Shown here: in pieces, positions 46,125 to 55,473 of the stretch
Layout of the letters: each line of letters begins with the position of its first letter
How positions within the stretch are numbered: the stretch's first letter is position 1
Assembly (NCBI GenBank): GCA_041659805.1
Contig: JBAZXP010000001.1
Span: 512,589 to 576,588 of the forward strand
DNA length: 64,000 nucleotides
From: Microgenomates group bacterium
Lineage (GTDB): Bacteria > Patescibacteriota > Microgenomatia > Daviesbacterales > UBA10151
Direction: 5' to 3'
Notes under the pieces: model-generated
Told to the model about the DNA's origin: nothing
Databases searched by the model: none
What the model saw: only the letters and a program-made list of their open reading frames with translations
Translations under genes and position numbers: made by a program

Positions 46125-47291
46125 TTATATTTCAAAGACTTTCGTAAAAGTATTTCCTTCTAAATCATGAGCTGCTATGCCAGCAGTTTTACCCCTATCT
46201 TCCGGAATTAAATTATATTCCCATGTATCCTTGTCTTTTTTAAACATTGGCTTCCAAATATAGATATTTTTACTATATTTAATTGCTAAAAAAGGCTGGT
46301 GGTTATATAAGCTTTTGTTGGTTTTAATTTGTATTTTTTCCGATTCTTTTTTAATCCTAAGTTTTAAAATTTTTCCTGATCGGATTTTCTGAAACATTTT
46401 TATGGCATCTTTGCCTGAGGTATATGAAAATTTAATCCCAGTTTTTTTTGAGGATTCTGAAATCCATTGCATGATTTGTTCAAATTCATGAGCTCGGTCA
46501 CGAAAATCATGATCAAAAACAGATAAAATAATATCAGAATTTTTTGCATCTTTAAAAGCTTTCAAAATTTCTTCTTTTATAACGGTATGTGCACCAGATT
46601 TAACATCCAAGGAGCGGATGATCAACCTTTTCATTTTTCCAGAGACTGTAAAATCAACTTCTGACGGATGATATGGAATCCAATTGTTTGGAGCTTTGTG
46701 CCAGCTAAGCAAGTCTCTCAATTTATTACCATCCGCTTCAATTTTCTCCCAGTTTATATTACTGCCATTTCTATTTGAATAGTCATAAGGAATCCACTGT
46801 TCTAACCAATTAGATTGATTAGTATCTTCGATTGTTCCGCCCGAACGATAAACTATCGGAAAGAACTTTCGATCAATGATAAATCTGCATAATTGATTTT
46901 CATATTCACGGTTTGTAAACCAGTTTAAACCCCATTCATTTCCAATCCCGGTTATTGAAGCATGGTGATAGTGCCAGCCAATTTCATCTTGATACTTTTT
47001 GATCTGTTTACCCCATTTTTTTAAATAATGGTCATAAACTTTATGATAACCGAGTTCATGTTGAATGGGGTTTGTAAGAAATCCTGTCCAATTTAACATA
47101 AACCAGGTGAAAACTGCAGGCTTTCCGGTACTATCGGGAAATGAATAACGGAAATTATCAGAAAAGACTTTTGATAAAAATATTTTATCAATATCTTTCC
47201 AACTACCTAAAAGTTGGGAAGGTTGATGATAGTTTGGGTCTGTGAAAGGTCCTTCAGTATCAATACAAAAAACAACAAAAACTCTATTCAT
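46125..47291 (-). CDS. Hypothetical protein; possible divergent polysaccharide-deacetylase/(beta/alpha)-barrel hydrolase-like
   Basis: 'VFVVFCIDTEGP' and His-rich 'WHYHHASITG' recall metal-dependent CE4-type deacetylases, but no firm motif match. Confidence 0.3.
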   Translation of the reverse strand: MNRVFVVFCIDTEGPFTDPNYHQPSQLLGSWKDIDKIFLSKVFSDNFRYSFPDSTGKPAVFTWFMLNWTGFLTNPIQHELGYHKVYDHYLKKWGKQIKKYQDEIGWHYHHASITGIGNEWGLNWFTNREYENQLCRFIIDRKFFPIVYRSGGTIEDTNQSNWLEQWIPYDYSNRNGSNINWEKIEADGNKLRDLLSWHKAPNNWIPYHPSEVDFTVSGKMKRLIIRSLDVKSGAHTVIKEEILKAFKDAKNSDIILSVFDHDFRDRAHEFEQIMQWISESSKKTGIKFSYTSGKDAIKMFQKIRSGKILKLRIKKESEKIQIKTNKSLYNHQPFLAIKYSKNIYIWKPMFKKDKDTWEYNLIPEDRGKTAGIAAHDLEGNTFTKVFEI

Positions 47292-47323
47292 TTATTTTTA
47301 TTTGTGATATTCTACCACATATT

Positions 47324-48373
47324 ATGATGGAAATTGGCGAAAAAAAGATTGGTGGAAATAATCCTGTATTCATTATTGCCGAAGCTGGTGTAAATCACAA
47401 TGGTAAGTTAGATTTAGCTCTGCAGCTGGTTGACGTTGCTGCAGCATCCGGAGCTGATGTTATAAAATTTCAAACCTTCAAAGCAGAACAAGTAGCAACT
47501 GAAAAAGGGGAAATGGCTGATTATCAAAAAGCTAACTTGGGTAAAGTGGAATCTCAACAGGATATGCTCAGGAAGCTTGAGCTAAAAGAACAATTTTATG
47601 AACCTATTATTAAAAGATGCAAGGAAAAGAATATCATGTTTCTTTCTACACCTCATGGGGGAGTAGAAAGTGTAGATTTTTTAGAAAATTTGGGAGTGGA
47701 GGCATTTAAGGTAGGATCAGGTGACTTAACCAATTACTTACTTTTAAACAGACTGGCAAAAACCAAAAAACCTGTAATTCTAAGTTCAGGAATGGCAACT
47801 TTAAAAGAAGTTATTGATGCAGTTGAATTCATAAAAAGCAAAGGTTGTAAAAAGTTAGCAATGCTTCACTGCACCACCGATTATCCGTGTTCTTCCGAGA
47901 AAGTGAATATGGCCTCAATGGTTACCATGATGAAAAGATTAGATGTTCCTGTAGGATATTCTGATCATACTCAAGGTGTTGTTGCAGCTATTATGGCAAC
48001 AACACTGGGTGCAACAATTTATGAATGCCATTTCACTGTAGATAAAAAATTACCTGGTCCTGATCATGTCGCTTCAGTTAGTCCTGAAGAACTAAAAATG
48101 AGAATAGATGCCATAAGGGACGTAGGAGTAATGATGGGGAGCGCCAAAAAGGTTCCTAATAAAAGTGAATTGAAATTAATTTCAATTGTAAGAAGAAGTA
48201 TTGTAGCTGCATCAGATTTATCCTCAGGGCATTTGTTAACGCTTAAAGATTTAGAAGCAAAAAGACCGGGTGATGGTATTTCTCCGAAAGAATACGAAAA
48301 GCTTTTAGGGAAAACTCTCAAGAATGATTTATCAAAAGATCAACAGATCCAAAAAACTGATATTAGACACTAG
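47324..48373 (+). CDS. Nonulosonic acid synthase (NeuB/LegI/PseI family)
   Basis: 'NPVFIIAEAGVNHNGKLDLALQLVDVAAASGADVIKFQTF' is the classic NeuB N-terminus. C-terminal SAF domain 'IVAASDLSSGHLLTLKDLEAKRPGDGI'. Confidence 0.9.
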   Translation: MMEIGEKKIGGNNPVFIIAEAGVNHNGKLDLALQLVDVAAASGADVIKFQTFKAEQVATEKGEMADYQKANLGKVESQQDMLRKLELKEQFYEPIIKRCKEKNIMFLSTPHGGVESVDFLENLGVEAFKVGSGDLTNYLLLNRLAKTKKPVILSSGMATLKEVIDAVEFIKSKGCKKLAMLHCTTDYPCSSEKVNMASMVTMMKRLDVPVGYSDHTQGVVAAIMATTLGATIYECHFTVDKKLPGPDHVASVSPEELKMRIDAIRDVGVMMGSAKKVPNKSELKLISIVRRSIVAASDLSSGHLLTLKDLEAKRPGDGISPKEYEKLLGKTLKNDLSKDQQIQKTDIRH

Positions 48374-48420
48374 CATTCATAAATTGACGTATATATAATC
48401 TGTCTCATAAAGGGAATTTT

Positions 48421-49569
48421 GTGAGAAAAAGAAAAATTGCATATATAACTGGTACAAGAGCAGATTATGGTTTAATGACCCCTGTTTTGCGAAGTATTGA
48501 AGAAAGCAAAAAATTAGAACTCCAACTTTATACAACTGGTATCCATTTAATGCCGCAATTTGGTGAAACAGCTAAATTAGTTAAAAAAGAATTTCCACAA
48601 ACAAGAAGAATCAAAGCAATTTTTAAAACAGATGAAAAATCCAGCGTGGTTGATTTTTCCGGACTTTATATTAATTTATTGAACAAGGTTTTTAAAAAGG
48701 ATAAACCGGATATTGTCTTAATTTTGGGTGATAGGGTAGAGATGCTATGTACGGCAATGGTTTGTTTATATTTAGGAATTCCTACTGCACATATTCACGG
48801 AGGAGAGAAAACTTTTACAGTTGATGAGGTTTCCCGTCATGCAATTTCTAAAATTTCTAGTTTGCATTTTCCTGCAACAAAAGAATCTGCCGAAAGAATT
48901 CTAAAAATGGGGGAAGAAAAATGGCGGATACATGTAGTTGGAGCCCCGACATTGGATAGTATCTTAAATAAAAAACTACCAACAAGAATAGAAGTTCTTG
49001 AAAAATTAAGTATGGATCCAAAGCAAAAATTTATTTTGGTAGTTCAACATCCAGTGAGCAGTGAAATGAAAGATTCGGGTTATCAAATGCAAGAAACAAT
49101 TACTGCAGTAAAAGAAATTAATTTGCCCGTTGTGATAATTTATCCCCATCCTGATCCGGGTGGGAGAAAGATTATTAAAATTATAGAAAAAGAAAAGAAT
49201 AACCCATTATTTCATATTTTCCCGAACATAGATTTTGAATCGTTTTTAGCACTGGAGCGCGAAGCAATAGTTTGGGTAGGTAATAGCAGTGCAGCGATGA
49301 TAGAGTCGTCATCTTTTAAAACTCCAGTGGTAAATATCGGTACGAGACAGATCGGTAGACAGCGGGGAGAAAATGTAATTGATGTAGGATATAACAGAAA
49401 AAATATCTTAATAGCCATAAAAAAATCCTTGACTGATAAGTCATATCTTGCTAAGCTGCAAACTATCAAGAATCCTTGGGGAGATGGTAAAACAGGATCA
49501 AGGATTGTCCGAATTTTGGAAGAAATTGAAATTAACTCCAAAATATTAATCAAACAAATAACATATTAA
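48421..49569 (+). CDS. Hydrolysing UDP-sugar 2-epimerase (NeuC/LegG family)
   Basis: 'KIAYITGTRADYGLMTPVL', 'ILGDRVEMLCTAMV', 'HIHGGE' are the NeuC-type Epimerase_2 signature. GTG start with an 'AAAGGGA' motif 6 nt upstream. Confidence 0.8.
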   Translation: MRKRKIAYITGTRADYGLMTPVLRSIEESKKLELQLYTTGIHLMPQFGETAKLVKKEFPQTRRIKAIFKTDEKSSVVDFSGLYINLLNKVFKKDKPDIVLILGDRVEMLCTAMVCLYLGIPTAHIHGGEKTFTVDEVSRHAISKISSLHFPATKESAERILKMGEEKWRIHVVGAPTLDSILNKKLPTRIEVLEKLSMDPKQKFILVVQHPVSSEMKDSGYQMQETITAVKEINLPVVIIYPHPDPGGRKIIKIIEKEKNNPLFHIFPNIDFESFLALEREAIVWVGNSSAAMIESSSFKTPVVNIGTRQIGRQRGENVIDVGYNRKNILIAIKKSLTDKSYLAKLQTIKNPWGDGKTGSRIVRILEEIEINSKILIKQITY

Positions 49570-51095
49570 TGCACGATAATTTTAAAAATTGGAAACTGCC
49601 TAAATTTAATAAAACTGGCATGACCAAATGGAATTGGATGTGTCAATATCACGAAAATCTTAAATTAGGCAAATACACAGATATAGGCGCTTTTACTTAT
49701 ATTAATGCTAATTTTGGAGTCGAGATAGAAGATTATGTAGAGATCGGTTCGGGGTGTAGTATTTATTCTAACAATACTATCGACGGAATAACCGGAAAAA
49801 TTGTTATCAAAAAAAATGCTAAAATCGGAGCTCATTGTACCATTATGCCAGGAGTAACAATCGGAGAGAACTCTTTGATTGGAGCATATAGTTTTGTAAA
49901 GAACGATATCCCCGCAAATTGTACGGCATTCGGAATTCCGGCTAAAGTTATTAAAAAAACCAACCGGCATAACGATAAGATTCAGATTGCCAAGCCGTTC
50001 ATTGATGAAACTGATAAAAGAGCTGTAATGGACGTTTTGGAATCAGGTTGGCTTTCATTGGGTCCAAAATATAAGGAATTTGAAACCAATATAGCTTCGT
50101 ATACCAGTGCAACTTATGCTTGTGCGGTATCCAGTGGTACTTCAGGACTTCATTTGGCAGTCATTGCACTGGGATTAAAAGCAGGAGATGAGGTAATTAC
50201 TACACCATTTTCTTTTGTAGCCTCATCGAATTGTCTAATATACGAAGGGGTAAAACCGGTATTTGTTGATATAGAAGAAGAGACTTTTAATTTAGATCCT
50301 GATAAAATCGAAGCGGCAATAACAAAAAGAACAAAAGCAATTTTAGTTGTACATATCTTCGGTCAATCCGCGCGGATGGATAAGATTTTGAAAATTGCTA
50401 AAAAATATAAACTGAAAGTTATTGAGGATTCATGTGAGAGTTTGGGCGCCAGGTTCCAAGATAAGATGACAGGAACATTCGGAGATATCGGTGTTTATTC
50501 TTTTTACCCCAATAAACAAATGACTACAGGAGAAGGAGCGGTAATTGTTACAAATTCAAAAAAGTTATATGAATTATGTGATAGTTTGAGAAATCAGGGT
50601 AGAGGTTTAAGAGAGTCTAAAAAAGGGAAAGATTGGGATTGGCTCATGAGTGAAAGGGTAGGATATAACTACCGGATGGATGAAATGAGCGCTGCGCTTG
50701 GAGTGACACAACTCCAAAAAATTGATTGGATGATTGGTGAAAGAAGGAAAATTGTAGATCTATATAAAAAATATTTAGGAGAAATGGAAAGTATTATGGT
50801 TCCCATAATAGGTAAAAACAGAACCCATACATGGTTTGTATATGTCATTAGAGTGTTGAATAACAAACGAGATAAATTAATGAGCGATCTATCTGCTTCG
50901 GGTATTCAAGTAAGACCCTATTTACCGGCAATTCACTTACAATCGTTTATGAAAAAAATGTTCGGTTTTAAAAAGGGAGATTTTCCTGTAACCGAAAATA
51001 TTTCCTCCCAGACACTTGCGCTACCTTTTTATATTGGATTAGCAGAAGATGATATTAAATATATAGCAAATAAAATAAGGGAATCGCTTAAATGA
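49569..51095 (+). CDS. Fused left-handed-beta-helix N-acetyltransferase (PglD/LegH-like) plus DegT/DnrJ/EryC1 PLP-dependent sugar aminotransferase (PglE/LegC-like)
   Basis: Residues ~40-150 are hexapeptide repeats ('IGSGCSIYSNNTIDG', 'IGAHCTIMPGVTIGENSLIGAYSFV'). Residues ~160-508 are 'DVLESGWLSLGPKYKEFE', 'SFYPNKQMTTGEGA' (PLP-Lys region), 'YYRMDEMSAALG'. Confidence 0.8.
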   Translation: MHDNFKNWKLPKFNKTGMTKWNWMCQYHENLKLGKYTDIGAFTYINANFGVEIEDYVEIGSGCSIYSNNTIDGITGKIVIKKNAKIGAHCTIMPGVTIGENSLIGAYSFVKNDIPANCTAFGIPAKVIKKTNRHNDKIQIAKPFIDETDKRAVMDVLESGWLSLGPKYKEFETNIASYTSATYACAVSSGTSGLHLAVIALGLKAGDEVITTPFSFVASSNCLIYEGVKPVFVDIEEETFNLDPDKIEAAITKRTKAILVVHIFGQSARMDKILKIAKKYKLKVIEDSCESLGARFQDKMTGTFGDIGVYSFYPNKQMTTGEGAVIVTNSKKLYELCDSLRNQGRGLRESKKGKDWDWLMSERVGYNYRMDEMSAALGVTQLQKIDWMIGERRKIVDLYKKYLGEMESIMVPIIGKNRTHTWFVYVIRVLNNKRDKLMSDLSASGIQVRPYLPAIHLQSFMKKMFGFKKGDFPVTENISSQTLALPFYIGLAEDDIKYIANKIRESLK

Positions 51096-52087
51096 ATGAT
51101 TTCCGTACTACTTTTAAAAACAAAAGAATTTTGGTTACAGGAGGTACTGGTTCGATTGGTAGTGAAATTGTCAGACAACTAATTCCTTTAAAACCTAAAC
51201 AAATCAGGATTTATTCGAGAGATGAATCAAAACAATACCAACTACAGCATGAACTAAGTTACTTTACTAACAATAAAGATATTTTACGTTTTTTGATCGG
51301 AGATATTCGGGATAAAGAAAGATTGAAAAGAGCCTTTAATGATATAGATATTGTTTTTCATGCAGCTGCGCTAAAACATGTGCCCTTTTGCGAAGATAAC
51401 CCCTTTGAAGCCACAAAAACTAATGTTCAAGGTACCCAAAACGTCCTAGATTTAGCGATTGACCATAGGGTAGAAAAAGTAATAGCTATTTCATCTGATA
51501 AAGCTGTAAATCCAAACACGTTTATGGGAATAACTAAATTAATGATGGAAAGAATGGTGATTTCTGCTGCTAACTACTCAGGGCAACTGGAAACTAAATT
51601 CGCTGCGGTAAGATTTGGTAATGTTATCAATTCAAGGGGTTCTGTGATTCCTTTGTGGATAGATCAAATAAAAAAGGGTGGGCCGGTTACTGTAACAGAT
51701 AAAAAGATGGAAAGATATTTTATGACTATTAGAGATGCTGTAAATCTTATATTTATGTCCACAAAAATTATGTTGGGAAAGGAGATCTTTGTTCTTAAAA
51801 TGTCTAAGTGTAATATCTATGAATTAGCTCAAGAAGTAATTGATCGTTATAGTAGTGGTAAGTTAATTAAAATAAAGATTACTGGTTCTAGAATAAGAGA
51901 AAAATTAGACGAACGTTTATATACAGATGAAGAAGAACAATTGATGATTGATGCGGGATTGTTTAATATTATTCAACCAACTATGGAGGACCTCAAAAAA
52001 CGATTATCTAAATATAATATTAGCAAAAAAAATAGAAATATTAAAATTGCCGATATATTTGATTCACTTCCAAAATTAAACAACTAG
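51092..52087 (+). CDS. UDP-GlcNAc 4,6-dehydratase (Polysacc_synt_2; PseB/PglF/CapD type)
   Basis: 'KRILVTGGTGSIGSEIVRQL', 'FLIGDIRDKERL', 'VFHAAALKHVPFCEDNPFEATKTNVQGT', 'ISSDKAVNPNTFMGITK', 'VRFGNVINSRGSVIPLW'. Confidence 0.85.
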   Translation: MNDFRTTFKNKRILVTGGTGSIGSEIVRQLIPLKPKQIRIYSRDESKQYQLQHELSYFTNNKDILRFLIGDIRDKERLKRAFNDIDIVFHAAALKHVPFCEDNPFEATKTNVQGTQNVLDLAIDHRVEKVIAISSDKAVNPNTFMGITKLMMERMVISAANYSGQLETKFAAVRFGNVINSRGSVIPLWIDQIKKGGPVTVTDKKMERYFMTIRDAVNLIFMSTKIMLGKEIFVLKMSKCNIYELAQEVIDRYSSGKLIKIKITGSRIREKLDERLYTDEEEQLMIDAGLFNIIQPTMEDLKKRLSKYNISKKNRNIKIADIFDSLPKLNN

Positions 52088-52110
52088 ATTGTCTAATGTT
52101 ACTATGACTT

Positions 52111-53682
52111 TTATTTTTTTAATGAGAATTGTTTTAAGAAACTATTGATTCGAACAAGGGTATTTAATATTTTTGGATATTGATTACCAATTGCAATAAA
52201 ATTATTAGTTTCTGTAATTATAGTAATAAAATAATCAAATATACCAAGAGCAAGTCCAAAAACAAATACTATGAAGCTGTAAATTATTCCAGTAATGATG
52301 AATTGAATGAAATTATGTGGAGCAAAACCTGTAAATTCAATAAAAATATATAAAAATAAGGAAAAAATAATAATGATGCCGTAAAGTTTGAATGGAAAAT
52401 TAAAAATTAATTCTTTTTTGACTGTTTTTGCGAACAAAATTATTGACAATAAATATACTGCCGTGCTAGCAACTGCAGCACCTGTGATTCCATAAAGTCT
52501 AATTAAAATTATACTCAAGATTACATTGAATATGGCGATTATTACTGATATTTGCATTCTTTCCCGGACTTTTCCCATTCCGCTGGCTATAGTTGTTAAA
52601 AAACTTGAAAGTAAGGCAAGAATAGAGCCGAAAGCCATAATTCTTAATGGAGTTTCTACTAAACCAACCCATTTTGCACCGAAGATTATTTGAACTGTAA
52701 ACGAAGGGAAGAGAATAATGAATAAAGAAAAATAAGATCCAACAAAGGGGATAAGCTGAAGGCTGGCATTTAATATATAACGTGTTTTTGTCTGCTCTCC
52801 TTCCATAAGATGAGAAACTAACGGAAATAATAAATTATTTATTGGAGAAAGAAAAATACTTGGAATTGATATTAAAGGTAGTATTATATTGTAGATACCA
52901 ACTTCTCTAACATTTTTAAATAAAGTTAAGAAAAAATTATCAGTGAAGGTTATAAAAGTATAAATAGATGTAGTAATTAATGTAGGAATTGCGTATTGAA
53001 GCATTGTTGTAAATAATTTTCTATCCCATGACAAAGTTTTTTTCTTGAAATCCATATTTTGGCTTAATGAGTATGTATAAACAACAGTGCATATTATGTG
53101 TGATAGTGCCCAGGCAAGAGTGAAATAAAGTATGTTAGCATAATCAAAAACTAAGAATAATAAGGAAAATATCAATGCTAAAAATAGTCTGGAAAATTGT
53201 ATCGAGGAATAGATTTTTTCTTGCTGCAGTCCTGTAAACATTTTATACAATGCTTCTAAAAAGCTATTGGCAATAAAATAGATACAAAAAATATAAATTA
53301 GATTTTGTGCCTCGGGGACCTTAAAATAATTGATGCTCAACCAAGGTGCGGAAGCGATTAAGATTAATGAGAGTAAAATTGATGTCCCGACTTCAATAAA
53401 CTGGTTATATTTAAAAACCAGCCAACTTTTTTGAAAATCTTTTTGTTTGATAAATTTAGGAATTAGATAAGTGACACTATAACCGAATCCGAGATCCTTA
53501 TATGTTGTTAAGATCCCAAAAAAAGCAAGTAATGAATAGAATAGTCCATACATCTCAATCGATAAAGAATTAGAATAAAGAATTCGTAAGACATATCCTA
53601 ATGGGGATGTTAAAAGCGAGAAGAAAATGATAATGGATGTTCCTTTAAATATTCTTTTTGACAAAATTTCTTGGTTATGCAT
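52111..53682 (-). CDS. wzx: Wzx-type oligosaccharide flippase (MOP superfamily; Polysacc_synt family)
   Basis: 523 aa, about 14 TM helices, typical Wzx N-terminus ('KGTSIIIFFSLLTSPLGYVLRILYSNSL'). Confidence 0.55.
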   Translation of the reverse strand: MHNQEILSKRIFKGTSIIIFFSLLTSPLGYVLRILYSNSLSIEMYGLFYSLLAFFGILTTYKDLGFGYSVTYLIPKFIKQKDFQKSWLVFKYNQFIEVGTSILLSLILIASAPWLSINYFKVPEAQNLIYIFCIYFIANSFLEALYKMFTGLQQEKIYSSIQFSRLFLALIFSLLFLVFDYANILYFTLAWALSHIICTVVYTYSLSQNMDFKKKTLSWDRKLFTTMLQYAIPTLITTSIYTFITFTDNFFLTLFKNVREVGIYNIILPLISIPSIFLSPINNLLFPLVSHLMEGEQTKTRYILNASLQLIPFVGSYFSLFIILFPSFTVQIIFGAKWVGLVETPLRIMAFGSILALLSSFLTTIASGMGKVRERMQISVIIAIFNVILSIILIRLYGITGAAVASTAVYLLSIILFAKTVKKELIFNFPFKLYGIIIIFSLFLYIFIEFTGFAPHNFIQFIITGIIYSFIVFVFGLALGIFDYFITIITETNNFIAIGNQYPKILNTLVRINSFLKQFSLKK

Positions 53683-53742
53683 TTAGGAGAAGACTCAGGT
53701 AATTATAGTATCATACAAATTAGCGTGATGCTATTTTCTTTG

Positions 53743-53751
53743 TGATATAAT
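53743..53751 (+). promoter_or_regulatory. Extended -10 element (TGATATAAT) upstream of radical SAM gene 53784
   Basis: 'TGATATAAT' matches TGnTATAAT. It lies 32 nt upstream of the ATG in a 101 bp divergent intergenic region. A second TATAAT on the opposite strand (complement of 53702-53707) sits 19 nt before the wzx start. Confidence 0.35.
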
Positions 53752-53783
53752 CATCGGATTGAATAGCCCTTCACTTTAGGAAG

Positions 53784-55466
53784 ATGTTGTTATTATTAAA
53801 AAGCATTGTTACGAATATTCCGTTTTCCATAAGGTTATACATTTTATGGCGAAAGTCTAATATTTTATGGAATACAAAAATTTCCCCGTTTGTGATTCCG
53901 GATAAGAAAAAAGAATACTTAAGTAAAACTTTTTTTGATAGGAAATCAGTCAGTAAAAAGAAAGGTCCGGTGGTTCTTGTTTCCAGGGATATTGCTTTTA
54001 CATTTCCTTTATCATATGCATATTTGGCAGGTTATTTAAAAGAAAAAGGAGTTGATGTAGTTATCCTTTTTAAAAACATAGGCCAGGACGAATTGGTTAA
54101 AAAAATAAAAAAACTCCATCCCATTTTAGTCGGTTTTGGAAATTTATATCCGGAACTTGAGGAGATCTCAAGTATTATATATAAACTAAATCAATCAGGA
54201 CGTGATTTTCCAATTGTTATTGGCGGGCAGATGTTTTCCCCTATTCCGGAATTTGCTATGAAATTAACTGGTGCAGATTACGGAGTGATCGGTGAAGGAG
54301 AAATCATACTCTATAAATTAGTAAAAGCTTTACAGAAAAATTCTGATCTTTCTAAAATCAAAGGCTTAGTCATCAGAGATAAGGATAAAATTACTATTAA
54401 TGACGGAGGAGAGTATATTGATGACCTGTCAAAACTTCCCAAAATTCCATATGAATTATTTGATGTCGATAAATGGTTGTTGATTGGAAGATGGTTTACC
54501 CAATTCAGGCCTGAACAACCACATTGGAGATTTGATGACAGGGTTATTAATGTACATGGTGGACGAGGATGTCCGTTTAAATGTAATTTTTGTTATCACC
54601 ATAATAAACCAAGGTACCGTGATATTAACGATATGATGGACGAAGCGGAAAAAGCATTAGAAAGGTTTGACGCAAACATGCTTTACTTTTCAGACGATTT
54701 AGTAATCGCCAATCCTCAAAGAGTTAGAGAATTGATAGCCAGGGTTAAAAGACTCAAGCGCCCGATAAGTTATAAAATTTCAACTAGGTTTGATATTTTA
54801 GAAAGGCTTAGTGATGAACTGCTTAAGGAGCTACATGAAACAGGATGCAGGATTATTGGTTTAGGGGTAGAATCCGGATCTAATAGGATACTAAAATTAG
54901 TTGGTAAAAATACAACTTCTGAAAAGATCTTAAAAGGACTTAAAAGGATCAAACAGTCCGGAATATTACCGACTGTTTCTGTAATGGTAGGTCAATATAC
55001 GGAAACAAGAGAGGATGTAGAGAAATCTTTTGAACTGATGAAAAAAGCTGTTAAAACTAATCCCTTAATTTCGTTCGCTTTTACTATCACAACTCCTTTT
55101 CCCGGCTCAATTTTATACGATATCTTATTTGCCAAAAAATTGTTGAAAAGTGATGAGGACTTTTATTACCGCTATATCGCTGGAAAAGTTGGACCATGGA
55201 ATCAGGTGGTTAATATGTCATCAATGTCTGATTACGAAGTAATAAAATTAAGAAATGAACTTGAGAAAAGCTATAACGAAGAAAGGCTTAAAGCGTTAGG
55301 GGAAGAGCGTTTCGAAAAGATAACAAGAATATGTAATAAACAAAGAAGAGCTGCAGAAGTTTTTGAAAGTAAGACTAAAAGAGAAAAGAAAAGGGATGAG
55401 GCTGCTTATTCTGAGGAACAACTAGAACTTGAAAATGAAAAATTATCTCTAATGGGAGTAGCTTGA
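53784..55466 (+). CDS. B12-binding-domain radical SAM enzyme (class B) with charged C-terminal tail
   Basis: 'GPVVLVSRDIAFTFPLSYAYLAGYLKEKGVDVVIL' B12-binding-like domain, 'HGGRGCPFKCNFCYH' (CxxxCxxC). Confidence 0.8.
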   Translation: MLLLLKSIVTNIPFSIRLYILWRKSNILWNTKISPFVIPDKKKEYLSKTFFDRKSVSKKKGPVVLVSRDIAFTFPLSYAYLAGYLKEKGVDVVILFKNIGQDELVKKIKKLHPILVGFGNLYPELEEISSIIYKLNQSGRDFPIVIGGQMFSPIPEFAMKLTGADYGVIGEGEIILYKLVKALQKNSDLSKIKGLVIRDKDKITINDGGEYIDDLSKLPKIPYELFDVDKWLLIGRWFTQFRPEQPHWRFDDRVINVHGGRGCPFKCNFCYHHNKPRYRDINDMMDEAEKALERFDANMLYFSDDLVIANPQRVRELIARVKRLKRPISYKISTRFDILERLSDELLKELHETGCRIIGLGVESGSNRILKLVGKNTTSEKILKGLKRIKQSGILPTVSVMVGQYTETREDVEKSFELMKKAVKTNPLISFAFTITTPFPGSILYDILFAKKLLKSDEDFYYRYIAGKVGPWNQVVNMSSMSDYEVIKLRNELEKSYNEERLKALGEERFEKITRICNKQRRAAEVFESKTKREKKRDEAAYSEEQLELENEKLSLMGVA

Positions 55467-55473
55467 TTGTATA

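Noticed and set aside
48064-50866. Minus-strand ORFs (85, 113, 101, 65 aa) antisense to neuB, neuC and the AcT-AmT fusion
   Set aside because: Antisense to high-confidence NulO genes, so rejected as artefacts.
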